Of a stretch of DNA of 64,000 bases, positions 37,101-51,461 are shown one piece after another; position 1 is the stretch's first letter; each line of letters begins with the position of its first letter. The notes below the pieces were generated by a model. The model was not told the origin of the DNA and made no database searches. It saw nothing but the letters and a program-made list of their open reading frames with translations. The position numbers and the translations under genes are program-made. The DNA is from the human T2T-CHM13v2.0 reference genome, Homo sapiens: NCBI RefSeq assembly GCF_009914755.1, contig NC_060929.1, one strand, 5' to 3'.

Positions 37101-38607
37101 TGTTAATCATGCCATTATGTCTTTCCCATTCATGGAACTTTCACTTTTTTATAAAGTTTAGAATCAGTTTACCTTGTTCCATGAAAAGGATCTTTTGTTT
37201 AAATGTGATTGCATTGCATTTATAGATTATTTTGTTCAATATCTGTGTGTATGGTGGAACTTTTTTTAACGTGTTAGTAACATTTAGCTATTTTTCTGTA
37301 AATAGCTTACATATCTTCAGAGAAAAATATTATGAAATACCTTCAGTACAAATGTTTTATAATATTTGCCATTCCTATTAATATATGAAACTTGAACCCT
37401 CAGATTGTGAATTGTACACATATAACATAAACTGTTAGGATAATTACTCCAGTAAAATATTTTTTCCCAAAAAAGACCTCTCTTTGCATAGTGATCTGTC
37501 TCATTATTACAGAACTGACACTGTCTTTACAGATTCTTTCCACACTAGAATAAAATGGTACCTTTCCTAGTTTTCTGTTATTTCAGAAAATGAGGAAATG
37601 AATCCTGGATGAAAACGGCCTTCACATTTTGCTCAATTCTTCCTCTGCAGAGGTGACACTTGATAGTTCACTTTCTGACTTGACTCACAACTAACAGTCT
37701 GTATTATAGCACTGACACCTACAAATTTACAATGGCCTTTCTTACATGTTTTGAAAATAAGAGCAGAATAATGCTAGTAAAAATATGTAGGAAAATCTAA
37801 GTTCCAGGTTGTTCCATACCAAACACTTTAATGCATATTTAAAGTATCAAATATCCAATTATTTCTACAAGTTAAGATTTGTTTTGGTGTCTTGGCTTCA
37901 GGCATGCCCTAAGCAGGTGCTTGGGTTTGCTATCAGTGGATTCATCAGTACTGGCAAAGCTAGGCAAGTGTGACATTATGTGACTAATATGAGGCTGATA
38001 GATCCCCTGTCACAAGGAGATGTTCACAAAGGATTGGTCTTGAACTGGATGGCTCATCAGATGTTGATTAAGATTATGAATGTTCTGTTACATTCTGAAG
38101 AGTCTAATGAGAGTCATCGAATGCAGTTGCATTCATTTAGAGTAGTTGAGCAGATGAATATCATCTAATTATTATATATCTTTCTGATCACATGGCTTGC
38201 TGGGGTTGAAAAAGAGAAAGACGTGGCTTGAGGATTTCTTTGATATGTTTTATTATTATTTTTCTGCAAGCAATTTTAATATATTTAATTCACATATGTA
38301 TTATATGTACATTATTGCATAAAATATTTTGTATGGCCCACACAATTGTTGATTGACCACTGACATTTTGGCTATTTCAGAAAAATTACTACTGAAACTG
38401 TGATTCCAACTCAGTGTAATTGTTAAAGTAGAAAAGATTTTTTCTTGACCATGTTCTTCTTCAGTTACTAACAAACTAGGTATGACTTGCCCTTGGCAAG
38501 ATTTGCTCTGTCTGATTGGACATAGTCGCTATACGTGATTTTTAATTTCTTTTATGAAGGACATGGCAGGGATTCTGAAAGATTAATGTTGTCAAATTGA
38601 AGTCTGA

Positions 38608-39180
<573 letters not shown>

Positions 39181-39224
39181 GAACACTTTTCTAAAATGCA
39201 AAAATACGTACAGTAAAAGTATCA

Positions 39225-40030
39225 GTTCTACTCTTTAAGATGTTATTTACAAAGGGTAAAATTCATAAATCTTAAGGGGACAACTTAATAAATGTTTACA
39301 CCCAAGTAATCACCCAAAACAAGCTGTAGAATATAAATGTGTACTTCGTCTCATTATCTCAACAAAATATTTAGAGATATATCCATGCTGTTGCATATTT
39401 TATTTGATATGTCTACTAAATAATCAGGAGGATTTTTATTGCTTACACAATATCCCATTGTATGAAGATGCCACATTTCTTTTCCATTGTCTTTTTCCTA
39501 GATAGGAGGTTGTTTGTAACTTTTAGTTGGCATGAATAAATCTATTGTGGACATTTTTGTGAACATATTCACTAATTTTTCTTAAGAATATACCTAAAAG
39601 TGGGATTTCAGTGTGATAAGGTAACTTTAAATGTAGCACTTAATTCAAAGATTAAAAATGGTTTTCTGAAATGTTTTAAAAATTTTACACTTACACAAGC
39701 TATTTGTGAGATTATTTTCCTCGATTTCTCTGCGTGTTGCCATTCTATTTCTTAATAAAATCCTTGCAATTAATATAAGATGAAAGGTACTCATTTTAAT
39801 AAATAGTTTTATTAAATTATGACAAAACTAGACAATTGTGTAACTACAAACACGATCAAGAGAATACTAACACTACCCATTCTAGCTTTATGGTAAACTA
39901 TCAGTTACTACAAGTATAACAACTTTGTATTTTTCTATTTTGTAGTAATGGTTGTTGCATTTTGTCACAAGTGTTGAAATAATTGGTTGTTTTCCTTTTT
40001 TAGTCTGTTGATATAGTAAATTACAACCCT
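39225..40030 (-). mobile_element. L1ME-type 3' region fragment
   Basis: 'aaaattcataaatcttaag', 'gagatatatccatgctgttgcat', 'cccattgtatgaa.atgccaca', 'atatacctaaaagtgggatt'. Confidence 0.7.
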
Positions 40031-40310
40031 GCTAAAATTAACTACATTTTTATAAGAAAATAAGAATTGACTCATTTTATGTAATAAAAATGAAGGACTA
40101 TAATTCTAAATAGTAATAAAGTGAAGATAGCAAAATATTTCAGAGTGAATTAAAGTATGCTGAATTATTTGTCTTGTTATTGAAGACACTATGGTGACTA
40201 CAGACATTTAGATATTAATATAAGTCAAGGTTAAATAAATTTAATAAAAGCAGAATATTCAAAAAGTAAATTAAAAATATACCTTCAAATTACATAAGAA
40301 TGAATGATAA

Positions 40311-40389
40311 ACAAGATAATTTAACAATTTAACACAAAAATTACAATTTTACAAGATAATTTAACAATTTAACAGAAAAATTAAAATTT
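40311..40389. repeat. 40-bp tandem duplication (2 copies)
   Basis: acaagataatttaacaatttaacacaaaaattacaatttt / acaagataatttaacaatttaacagaaaaattaaaattt. Confidence 0.9.
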
Positions 40390-41339
40390 GATAAAGTTTA
40401 AAATTAAAATTTTAAGAGCATTAAGATTTTAAGGAAATTTTGAAGTAATTTCAGTTATTTATTTTGTGCCTTTTATGTTTATTCAAACCTTGGAGCATTT
40501 TATTTCCACTGAAAGTATCAGATTTTTATAAAACTGTCAGAGTGAAATTATTGATTTTCTGAGATAAGAAATAGTGTCACAAAATTTGAGCTTATTTTAG
40601 TTACCCTTTTATCTTTTGAAAAGACATTATTATTTTTATGTACATGTATATCTAATTCATTGCACAAATCCTTACCTCTTAAATAATACAATTAATGATG
40701 GCTTTTTCTATAAGTGTTAGCAATCTTTCTATGTCCTTAGTGACAATATTTAAATATATTTCATTCGTATTAATTTTCATATTTTACTAGTTTTGAATTT
40801 CATTTGTTTCACATGCACATATTTTTATATAAAGTGCAAAATGCAGATAATTTGCAAATATTCAACTAATATGATTATATATATTATAAAAAACAAAGCA
40901 GCATAAAAGGCATGATTGATGACCACAATGACATAACAAAAGTTGTATGACTTGGATGTCATGAGAGACCCCAACATAGCTCTTAACTGATTTACTCTAC
41001 CTCTTTAACAGTTTATCAGTAGCATAAGGAGTTAGAAATCTAAAGAAAATGAATGAACATTAAAACTGAAGGATAGAAAATAGAAAAAAATTTTATTTGA
41101 ATCTTTGAATAATTATTGAAGAGTAAAAATATGATCTAGACAGTATTTTATGTAATTAACATGACAGTGATTATATCTAAATTCTCACATCACTTTTAGC
41201 TAATATATTAGAGAATTTAGAGACTTGAATAAATGTACTTTCTTTTTAATATCTAAACAGTTTTGAAAGATCTTCCCAAAAGTTCTCTTTTTACTTAACA
41301 AATAGTTAAAATGTATTTTAAATGCTTTGAGTCAATATT

Positions 41340-42260
41340 TTCTTTTTAAATATTATATTAAAATTAATGTACAATAAATTCTACCAAGTGTAAAATGTGA
41401 TGAGTTTGACATACACATATGTCCCTGTATATGTATATGCCCATATATGTATATATCCATGAAACCATCACCACAATTGAATTAATAAAATAGAAAGTAT
41501 CCTGTTGACCCTCTGTAATCTATCCCTTCCTTATATCCCTACCATTCTCAGACAAACAGGAATTTGCTCTCTGTCGCTATAGATGACGATAATTTCCTGT
41601 TTTTAGCTATTATAAACAAAGCTGCTATCAACATTAGTGTTTAAGTCTGTGAGAACTCATTTTGATATCTCATAGTTAAACACTTAGGTGATAAACTTGA
41701 TAAAGGTAAATACTTAGGCTGAACTGTATGACAAGTATATGATTGACTTTTTAAGTAATTGACAAGGTGCTTTTCATGATAATTGTATCATTTTACATTT
41801 TCACCAGCAGTGTTTGAGTGTCCATTTTTTAATCATATTCACTAATAACTGTTATAATTACTCTTTTTAAATTTTTAGCCATTCTAATGGTATATAAAAG
41901 TACCTAAAGGTGCTTTTCATTTTCATTTTTTCCTAAAGATTTGTTGATTTGAGCCTCTTTCCATGTGCTTGTTTTCCATACATACAGTTGTTGAAGTGTC
42001 TATTCATATTCTTTGCGCATTTTTTGTTGAGTTGATTATTTCTAATTAGTAAATAATAAAACTCTAAAACTCTTTATAAAACAATATTTTGGAGGATCCA
42101 TATTTTACAATTTTTTTCTCCGTCTGTAATTTGCTCTTTTATTTTTTAAATGATGTCTTCTTATAAAGAGCAAAATTGTTGACATTAATGTGGATGAACT
42201 TTAATTTCTTTTTTTATTTAGTAATTAATGAGTTTTGGATTCTATTTAAGATATTGTTGA
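41340..42260 (-). mobile_element. L1MC/MD-type 3' region fragment
   Basis: 'gatgagtttgacata', 'ccatgaaaccatcaccacaat', 'ttttagctattataaacaaagctgctat', 'attgtatcattttacatt..caccagcagtgt', 'ttttagccattctaat'. Confidence 0.8.
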
Positions 42261-42268
42261 CAAATTCA

Positions 42269-42729
42269 AGGTTGTCTGCAGGCTGAGGAGCAAGGAAGCC
42301 CGTAGTGACTCAGTCCAGAGTCCCAAAACCTCAAAAGTAGGGAAGCTAACAGGGCAGCCTTCAGTTTGTGGCCAAAGGCCCAAAAGCCCCTGACAAACCA
42401 CTGGTCTAAGTCCAAGAGTCCAAAGGCCGAAGAACCTAGAGTCTGATGTCTAAGGGCAGGAAGTATCCAGCATGGGAGAAAGATGAAAGCAAGAAACCTC
42501 AGCAAGCCAGCTTATCCCACCTTCTTCCCCTGCTTTGTTCCAGCCGCACTGGTAGCCAACTGGATGCTGTCTACCCACAATGGTGGCGGGTCTTCCTCTC
42601 CCAGTCCACTGACTCAAATGTTAATTTCCTCTGGCAACACCCTCACAGACACACCCAGAAACAATACTTTACCAGTTACCTAGGCATCCTTCAATCCCAT
42701 TAAGTTGACACCTACTCCTAACCATCACA
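42269..42729 (-). mobile_element. MLT2 (MLT2B-like, ERVL) LTR, 3' part missing
   Basis: 'gtctgcaggctgaggagcaaggaagcc', 'gtccactgactcaaatgttaat.tcctctggcaacaccctcacagacacacccagaaacaatactt', terminus 'aaccatcaca'. Confidence 0.9.
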
Positions 42730-44650
42730 CCACATCAATGATTTTTAAGGATCACATATTTTAAATAAAACTCTGCTCATAGGCTCAAATGCAAACTTAT
42801 TTCGGTCAAAATATTGATTCATCTTTTAATATCATATTAATTAGTTATCTTTTTCACATAAAGTAATTGCTTAATAAATGTTGAATAAATGAATGCAAGA
42901 AATATATATGAATTAATGAAATATGTTGATAATAACAATACCATTGCTTTTAATGAAGAGGAAAAAAGGGATAAAATTATGATAGGAGTAAGAGGCAAGA
43001 AAAAATGAGCATGATTTTGAAACAAAGTGGGGAAAATAAGGGAAGATAAATATATAAATTTAGATATAATAGTTCACAGAGCTCTTTAAGGAGATGCCCA
43101 AATAGACATCTGCCTCCATCCAGTCACAGGTGCCAACTTGCATTTGAAATGTATTACAAATTTGTATCATTACAAATCCAATTGATAGCACTGAGAATAT
43201 AATCCAAAATTATTTGAAAATAGTTTTTCAAAAAAATGTATTCCTACAAGAGGAGAACCAAAATCATATACAACTTTATCTGACATTTCCATATTAGAAA
43301 CAAATCCGGAAAGTTTCTGTCAAAAAGCTTTACATTTGAATAAGAAAAGATTTTTAAAATTATCTCGATGAAACCAATTAATGATGGCAAATTTTATAAG
43401 CCTATTGCTATAATTAAGGAATATGTTTGCTGTGCAAGCTGCTAGTCTCTGAGTAGTTGAAGTTGACCTAGATCTTTGTGATACTCAAAACTGGCGCAAT
43501 TCTTGTGTGAAGTGCTAAATTCAACATTGCTGGTAGAATATAATAGCTTAGTCATCTGTCACAAATTCACTCATATGTGGCTATTATTAGAAACCACTGA
43601 TTCGCCTAGGTGTAAGTCAAGAGGTAATTTGATACATGATAGGCTGTGATGGGATGTGAGAGAATCAATTTTCATTTTGGAGCAAATGGAATAAATCTGC
43701 ACCTGCAGGTGACATGGAGGTCACAACCTCATCCTAGGAACGCATAGTAAGCCACAGATGTTCATAGCTTTACAATTTCTAGATTTGATTACTGTAATTC
43801 ACTGAGTCTACAAACTGGAACTACTCAGTGACTTCTGCTTGTATGGGATGAAGTGGATCAATAATTTAAAATTGGCTATTGATGGTAACACTTCAAATAT
43901 GATTTCATACACATTGTCTCTACTTCAGTGACACTTCACCATCATTTCTAAAGGCCAAGTACAGGAACCTGTAATAATATGGTTGAAATACTCTGTGAAC
44001 CTTCAAATAAAATAGAACAAGGCAGCAAAGCTTTCCTTTAATCACATACTTTACTGCATATCAGATAGTGATACAGGCATATAGAAGCAGGCACAAATGT
44101 TTAGCTCATTTCATAATTAGAATGACTCTGTTATTTTGCCCTTATTGCTTCCATGTTAAGATTAGGATTTTAAAACTGAATAATAACAATAATAGTAAGA
44201 AAATGCCATTGCAAAGTTGGAGATGATTGACTTTAAAATCAAACTCAAGAATCTTGTCAAGAGTATGGGTACATGCAATTTTTATTATTCTGGCTATAGT
44301 TTCAGTTCTTTGAAATCATAGGGTTTTAAAAATGTTCCTTTTCCTATTACAGTTAATATATCAATGTAAACTTTTATTTATCTCCTTTATGCCATTTTAT
44401 ATTACAGAATGTGTTATGTAATATTTAGCACAATAAATATATTTTAAGTAAACAGAAAAAACATTTATATGTGAATTAGAACTGGAAAATATTTGTTCTT
44501 CAAAGACAAGTAAAATTTTGGATAGAAGCCGCATTCAAATGGTAATTCTTTTCCTGAAAACCATGAGTCAACTATCATTGCTACCATTATAATTAAAACA
44601 CTTTACTTCTTTTTCTATGAGAGAAATAATTTGAAAATACTAGAGAAAGT

Positions 44651-45186
44651 AATTACTGGGTATATATCCAAAAGAAAATAAATCGTTCTACCAAAAGACA
44701 TATGCACTCATATGTTAATTGCAGCACTATTCATAATAGCAAAGAGATGGAATCAACCTAGGTGCTCATCAGTCGTGGATTAGGTAAAGCTAATGTATCA
44801 CATATACATCATGGAATACTACACAGTCATAAGAAGTGGAATCAGGCCCTCTGCAGCAACATGGACGCAAGTGGAGATCATTATCCTAAGTGAATTAACA
44901 CAGGAACAGAAAGAAATGCCTCATGTTCCCACTTACAAATGGGAGCTAAATGTTGAGTACACATTGATATAAAGATGGCAACAGCAGGCACTGGAGACTA
45001 AAGAAGAACAGACGAGGGAGGCAAGGGTTGAAGAACAATGGTTGGACACAAAACTCACTACATGTTGATGGGATCATTCGCACTCCAAACCTCAATGTCA
45101 CTCAATACAGCCATGAAACAAACCTGCACAGGTACCCCCCTGAACTAAAATAAAAGTTGAAATCATAATAAATAAATAAATAAAGT
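44651..45186 (+). mobile_element. L1PB3/4-like 3' end (5'-truncated)
   Basis: 'attactgggtatatatccaaaagaaaataaatcgttctaccaaaagaca', 'gatgggatcattcgcactccaaacctca', 'aacctgcaca.gtacccccctgaactaaaataaaagttgaaa' plus (AAAT)n tail. Confidence 0.92.
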
Positions 45187-46154
45187 TTCTCTGTTATGTT
45201 TAAAATACATAAAAGGCATGGAAAAGAATATGGAAGAAAAGAAAACAGAAGTAGTTCTCATTGTCTTAGATATCTCTCATCTTTTTTGTATTGTTCCATA
45301 GATCATCTTCAAAATAATAGAGATTATTTGGTGATTACTTAGGCAGGCCTATAATGAGAGTTTTTGGGGGATAGGGAGTAAGTCAGAATGGACAAGATAT
45401 GGGTTGGACAAAGAAGGCTAGACATAGACATGCTTCCAGGAGTTAGATATTTCTTTTCCAAATGGAGATAGAGAATTTGACCATTAATATTTGAATTCAC
45501 CCATATCTATGGGCAAGCAAAAAGAAGTGAACTTGTAGACATTTATTGTCAGGCTGAATAACTTCAGGGTTGTTCTACGTGATGGGTCACTTTTGCAGAG
45601 GGTGCCAGGCCATGGTCAGGTTTATGGAAAAAAGGGTCCACTCCTGGGAGGTGGAGGAGGCATGTGCTAGACAGATTGTTCAGTGCTATAGGGACAGGTT
45701 GTCATAAGCAAAAACAGAAACAAGATTATAATGACTGGATCAATATAGTGGTCATTAATAAAATCTTTCAGCTTGATGGAAAAGCAAATGCACAGCCTAG
45801 AAACTAATTCTGGGAATTTTCTGACTTGTAGGTGTGAGGCTAAGAATCATCTTCATACCTTAATTACAATTGGATCAGTTATCTGGGGGGATAAATCAGT
45901 TATCTGTAGGATAAATTACTTTATAGCCTAATATTTAGGGGACTTAAGAGAAGACTGGGACAAAAAACTTTTAGTATTAATTTTTAATAGGGAATTCTAA
46001 TGAAATTACACTCCATCATATTATGGGTGTCTAAATTTGCCTTTGAAATCTATCTAGAGATGAAAATAAGGAGAAAAAAGAGGGAAAGATTAAACAGTGT
46101 TATTTATGGCAAATGCTTGACAGGCAGGAGATTAATCTAGGACATTTGAATGGC

Positions 46155-46310
46155 CCTTTTATCTTATCAACAAAAACATGAGGTGAGGTCAACAATTCCT
46201 TTCTTGCTCTGGTAAGACTGAGACTCAGTAAATTTAAGTAACCTGACTACATCACATTTACAGGGATGTTGTATTCACTATATGAACCAAGGTTTGCCTG
46301 ACAAGCTCTG
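46155..46310 (-). mobile_element. MIR fragment
   Basis: 'caacaaaaacatgaggt', 'aagactgagactcagt.aatttaagtaacctg', 'tgaaccaaggt.tgcctgac'. Confidence 0.65.
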
Positions 46311-46801
46311 TCTGAGGAGAAAATTCAGGAGCTTTCAGACACATTAACACTTCTGATGTGCCGTTTCTCAATGTATGCTTTTTTCCAACACTACTGATCC
46401 ATGCTAGATTGACTTTTAAAAATGCGTGTGAGCTGGATTTATCACATGGAAGTGCTTTCCAATTTTCTGCAAAACATGAGCAGTAGAATTAAGTAGTGGC
46501 AAAAAAAACTTTTTGAGAGCTAAGGGGACTGAGCAGTGTTAATAAATAAATGGGGCTTTTCTCTTCTTTTGTGGCTAGAGAAACAACTTTCAGATACAAC
46601 ATTGAATTATATCCTCCAAACTACAGAAAGAGATAATGTATGTTGTATATCAACTAATTTTTAATAGCTAAGATGGATTTAATATGTCAGTATCATAGAC
46701 ATATATGTATAAATTATAACTATTTTTAATATTATTTACTGAGATTCTATTAGAAAAGCATATGATGGCTAATTTGGACATTTAGAAAAGTTTTATAAAT
46801 A

Positions 46802-47099
<298 letters not shown>

Positions 47100-47142
47100 T
47101 TATAAGTAAATAATAAAAATAGCATAATGTTGCTACCTAAAC

Positions 47143-47358
47143 CAGTAGTCAGCAGGCTATAGTCTGCTAGGCAAACCCAGCTGTAGCCTGTTTGTATAAA
47201 TAAATTTTATTGGAACACAGACATGCCCATTTGTTTATGTTCTGTGTATACCTATTTTCACGCTACTGTGGTAGAATTGGGTGCAGACTACACCAGCTGG
47301 CCTGCAAAACCTAAAATACTGGTTGGCTCGCCCTTTATAGAAAGAGTGCCTGTTCCTA
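47143..47358 (+). mobile_element. MER58A (hAT-Charlie)
   Basis: 'gcctgtttgtataaataaattttattggaacacag.catgcccatttgtttatg', 'ggcctgcaaaacctaaaata', 'ccctttatagaaa'. Confidence 0.88.
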
Positions 47359-47562
47359 ACCCAGAGGATAATACTTTTTACAATTGACTCTATTATTTTG
47401 CTGTTTCCCTGTGCATTGTATATGATTCCAATTAACAGGCAGATAATTATTGAAGATAGCTATAAAATGAGAAAATCTATAATCTTTGTCCAACATTCTA
47501 GTTATTTTTAACATATTTGTGAGAAGATGTAGATAATAGGAGAATTTTCTATTTAACCTGTA

Positions 47563-47750
47563 GTTCCATTCATTTATCTAACACATAATGTTTGCATAAA
47601 TGGTACCAAGGTCTGTGCTAGGTGCTGGGACTACTGTAACTCAGTTTTGGAAGTTTTTAATTTGACATACTTATTAGACATCCAAGTGGAGTTATACAGT
47701 GTGCAATTAGGTAAACGAGTTTTGAATTTAAATCGGAGGTTCTGGAAGAA
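47563..47750 (-). mobile_element. L2 fragments
   Basis: 'cattcatttatctaacaca', 'ctgtgctaggtgctggga', 'attagacatccaagtggag'. Confidence 0.7.
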
Positions 47751-48989
47751 GAGTATTTTTATTATATTACCTCCTATTCCCTCCATTGGTGAGAGAGGGA
47801 TTCCCACGCTATTGTTACATGGATGGCCAAGGAGCAACAGTCAACATGGGGAAGATGAGCTAGACATCAGTGTATTAGTCACCTAAATTCAGCTTAGGGG
47901 AGGAGACCCAAGTAGAAAGGAGATCTACTTTGGGCCAATTACAGGGAAGCCCAGGAATTATTCCCATAAAATTAATGATAACTTATGCTATCTTTATCTT
48001 CCTGGATATGAATAAGAAATATATAATCGCTCTATTTTTAACAGTCAAGTAGTTAACAAATCTACACATAGAGTACCTGTGACCAAGAAGACACATAGGG
48101 AAACAAAATTGAAACTGATCATGTTGAGAACCTCGATGTATTCCTAAAGTTTTGCTTGAGACACAGCATTTCAATGTAGACAGTGATAGGGTTCCTTTAT
48201 TGGTTAAGCCCATTTTTAATTCTATTTTGTGTTACTCACAGATACAAGAGTTATGGAAAAGCTGCACTCTTCTACTTCCGAAGTTTAACTTCTTCACAGA
48301 AGTCAGTTTCAGAGTTGAGAAAAGCAAATACTTGCTACATATTTTGAGGAACAATAAGTATTGAAGTTGCAAACAGGTTCTATGGATATTTGTCAACAGA
48401 AGATAGCTGATCACAAATGCGCAGAGAGGTAGAAAAATGACACAATGACCACCCTACCCTCTGAGTCAGCAAATTGTTTTCTCAGTACATTTCTACTCTG
48501 GTCCTTGTTTAATAAAACCTCTTTCTCCTTACAGCTGCGTGCAGTAATATTTATTATTTAAAGTTCTTGTCTTCACCTTAACAATCTTAGTTTCTGCTTT
48601 AAAATAATCTCTTAAATATTCATAGGGATTGCACATGTTTTTCAGCTGCCAATAATTATTATTTACTATACACTGTATAGATCTAAATTTTATGCAGATT
48701 ATTCAGACAATTTTTAAAATAATAGATTCTGTCCTTCTTGTGACAGAAAAGTAATTTCTTACCAATGATAATAAAAGATTTTTTGTGTATTTGCTACAGT
48801 TAAGTTTTTTTAGATATTCCTGCTTTAAGAACTCTAAATTATTTGGAATTTGCTTTTATAAATAATGTGAAGTTGAGATATGGCATATTTTTTCTTCTAA
48901 GTTCATAACTTAGAGTTCTAACTTCTTTTTCTGGCTGATTTGAAAATGGTGCATTTTTAATATGGTAAAAACCTCCATATGCCTGTGTA

Positions 48990-49920
48990 TTTCTTCCATA
49001 TTTTATATTATTATATTTATCTGTTCATTCTCCCTTATGAGAAAAAATGTCACCTTTAACTACTATGGGTTTTTAGCACATATAGGATACAATATAATTA
49101 AGCACATTTAAAAATATTTTTTAAATTCTCACTTATTTTTTCTCATGAAATTTAAAATTGATTTGCCAATTTTCTTTCAATTTCCTTAAGTGTATACATA
49201 ATTTTGGCCTGTCTCCTATGGTTTGTATCACTACTTATCCTATTTTAAAATTGTAAAACTTTTGTGGTTTTCTTAATATGGACTTTCCTAATTTCTTACG
49301 AAGTTTATTTCTACATAATTTAAAGTTTTATAACTTTTGTGACTGGGATTTGTTTTTCATTGCATTTCCTAAATAGTAATTTCTGTTACATAGTCAAGCT
49401 ATTGATTTTTGTTTCTCTATGTAAAGAGTGCCTTACTAATATCCAGATATTCTAATGACTTTCCTAGGGTTTTCAAAGCAGATAAACCTTATATAATATA
49501 ATGCTTTTGTTCCAATATGTATAACTCAAGCCAAAGCTTGAAAAAATGATTTTTAAAAGCAGCTATGAATGTGACTATTTACATCTAACTATATTTCTGC
49601 ATATGTCTTAAATATTGATATTTATTTTGACTTTCATACTTCTAAACATATTCAATAAATATCATTTTGATTCATTTATCTGAGCTTTTTTTAGTTTTAT
49701 CCTCTACATCACATTTGGCAAAAATAATGTGATTTTTTTTTTCATTTTAAGAATTTACATGATAAAATATTAAAATGCTTTCTAGTAGTGAAACCTCCTG
49801 GGTGTTACTGACATCTACCAATCCCATTCCTGCCTTATCGCTTCTTTTGGGCAGTCATGTTCTCGACTTGTTAATATTTTCTTAACATTTTTTAATCAAA
49901 ATGCATCGATAAATTTTACA
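48990..49920 (-). mobile_element. Highly decayed L1M ORF2 fragment
   Basis: 'atttcttacgaagtttatttcta', 'aagctattgattttt', 'tagggttttc..agcagata'; weak similarity only. Confidence 0.45.
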
Positions 49921-50024
49921 CACTATTTGTCCTTTTTCTTTCCATTTTATCTAGTGGCAACAGAATTCTGTACAATGCAAACTGTGGAACATATTTGCTA
50001 ATACTAAGGGCTTTGTATTTATAC

Positions 50025-50230
50025 AGTGCTGTATTTTAATCCCAGCTATGTCATTTTCTAGCTTGATCGTATTAGGTAATGTGTTTTAATCTACATTTTT
50101 CTGTTTCTTCATGTTATAAATAGGGAACCCAATAGTGTTTGGTGATGATTAAATGAGGTAAGAGAAAAGGCAAGCCAACCAGCTATCCCAAAGGCTGGAA
50201 CCTCAACATTAGTCAATAAATATCAGTCAT
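50025..50230 (+). mobile_element. MIR
   Basis: 'aatcccagctatgtca.tttctagct', 'ctgtttcttcat...taaataggga', 'gatgattaaatgag', 'tcaataaatatcag'. Confidence 0.7.
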
Positions 50231-50604
50231 GAAATAATGGTACAAATCTTGTCTCTTAATTTGTCATTTCTTATGTTTAGATGGTATTTTCTAAGTTGAT
50301 AGGTTGTTAATAATGAAAATACTCATACTTTTTCTTGGACATTTTGAGGGGTCCTCTTTTCCAAGTGTAGACCAAACAAGAAAGCTACAATATTTCAGGT
50401 ACCCATCAGCTTGTTAGAAAGAAATAATCACAATTGGTATAATTGCTTTCTCTATTGGAAAGTTTATTTTCCCTGATCTATAGCATCTGTCGATTAGCTT
50501 GAGTAGTGCCTCTATTCATTACTTGTCATGATGTTATTTGCCGTATCAAGCAACATGAGACATTTAACTCTCCCAACCCGATTTGGCTACCATGGCTAGC
50601 CCTA

Positions 50605-50830
50605 CTTTTTATTATTATTTATTATATACATTTAAGGTATACAACATGATGTTTTAATATATGTGCATATATTTCGTGAAATGATTACTACAGTCAAAGA
50701 AATTAACATTCCGTTATCTCACATAGTTACCATTTTGTGTGTGTGTGTGTGATAAAAATACCGAAAATATATTATTTTATTGAATTTCCGGTATATAATC
50801 TAATATTGCATAGTATTATAATATTATTAT
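50605..50830 (-). mobile_element. L1MA8/9-like 3' end
   Basis: 'tttaaggtatacaacatgatgtttt.atata', 'gtgaaatgattactacagtcaa', 'atctcacatagttacca'. Confidence 0.85.
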
Positions 50831-51007
50831 ATAACAGGCATATGCCCACTCTGGAGCCTAGACATGCTTCCTAGAGATGCTTCAAGGAACACAGTAATCC
50901 CCAATTCTGAAGCAATCTTTGCATTCTGAGAAACTGATTTTGCTGGCAAATCTTCCATTGACTTCCTTTATATTCAGAAAGTCATGCATTAGGTTGAGCT
51001 GCCTTCA

Positions 51008-51461
51008 ATTTTACAGATATATAATAACTGTACATGTTTGTGAAGTACATGTGATTTTTAATACATGCAATGTGTAATGATTAAATTGGGGTAATTAAAG
51101 TATCCATCACCTCATTTATCAGTTCTTTGTGTTGGGCACATTTCAAATATTCTATTTTGAAATATGCAATAAATTGTTAACTGTAGTCATCCCGCTGTCC
51201 CATCAAACACAAGAAGATATTCCTTCTATCTAACTGTATTTTTGTACCCCTTAACCAGCCTCTTTTCATTGCTCCCCAGTTCTGGGTTCTGTTAACCCAC
51301 CATTCTACTCTCTACTTCCACGAAATCAATTTTTTTAGTTCTTGCATATGAATAAGAACATGTGATATTTGTCTTTCTGTGCCTGGTTTATTTCACTTAA
51401 CATAATGACCTCCAGTTCCATCCATGTCTCTGCAAATTACAGGATTTCATTCTTTTTTATA
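51008..51461 (-). mobile_element. L1MA4-like 3' end
   Basis: 'tgtgtaatgattaaattggggtaatt..gtatccatcacctca', 'ttccttctatctaactgtat', 'atttgtctttctgtgcctggtttatttcacttaacataatgacctccagttccatccatg'; tgccttc occurs on both flanks. Confidence 0.9.

Noticed and set aside
37561-37660. Good + strand acceptor at 37586
   Set aside because: No convincing donor nearby (gag|gtgaca is weak); isolated acceptors are common in AT-rich DNA.
43799-43831. 9-bp stem tcactgagt / actcagtga, and similar short quasi-palindromes near 36300 and 60231
   Set aside because: Stems this short are expected by chance in 64 kb of AT-rich sequence.
45340-45850. Possible ancient LTR-like segment
   Set aside because: The composition is suggestive but I cannot match termini or a consensus; left unannotated.
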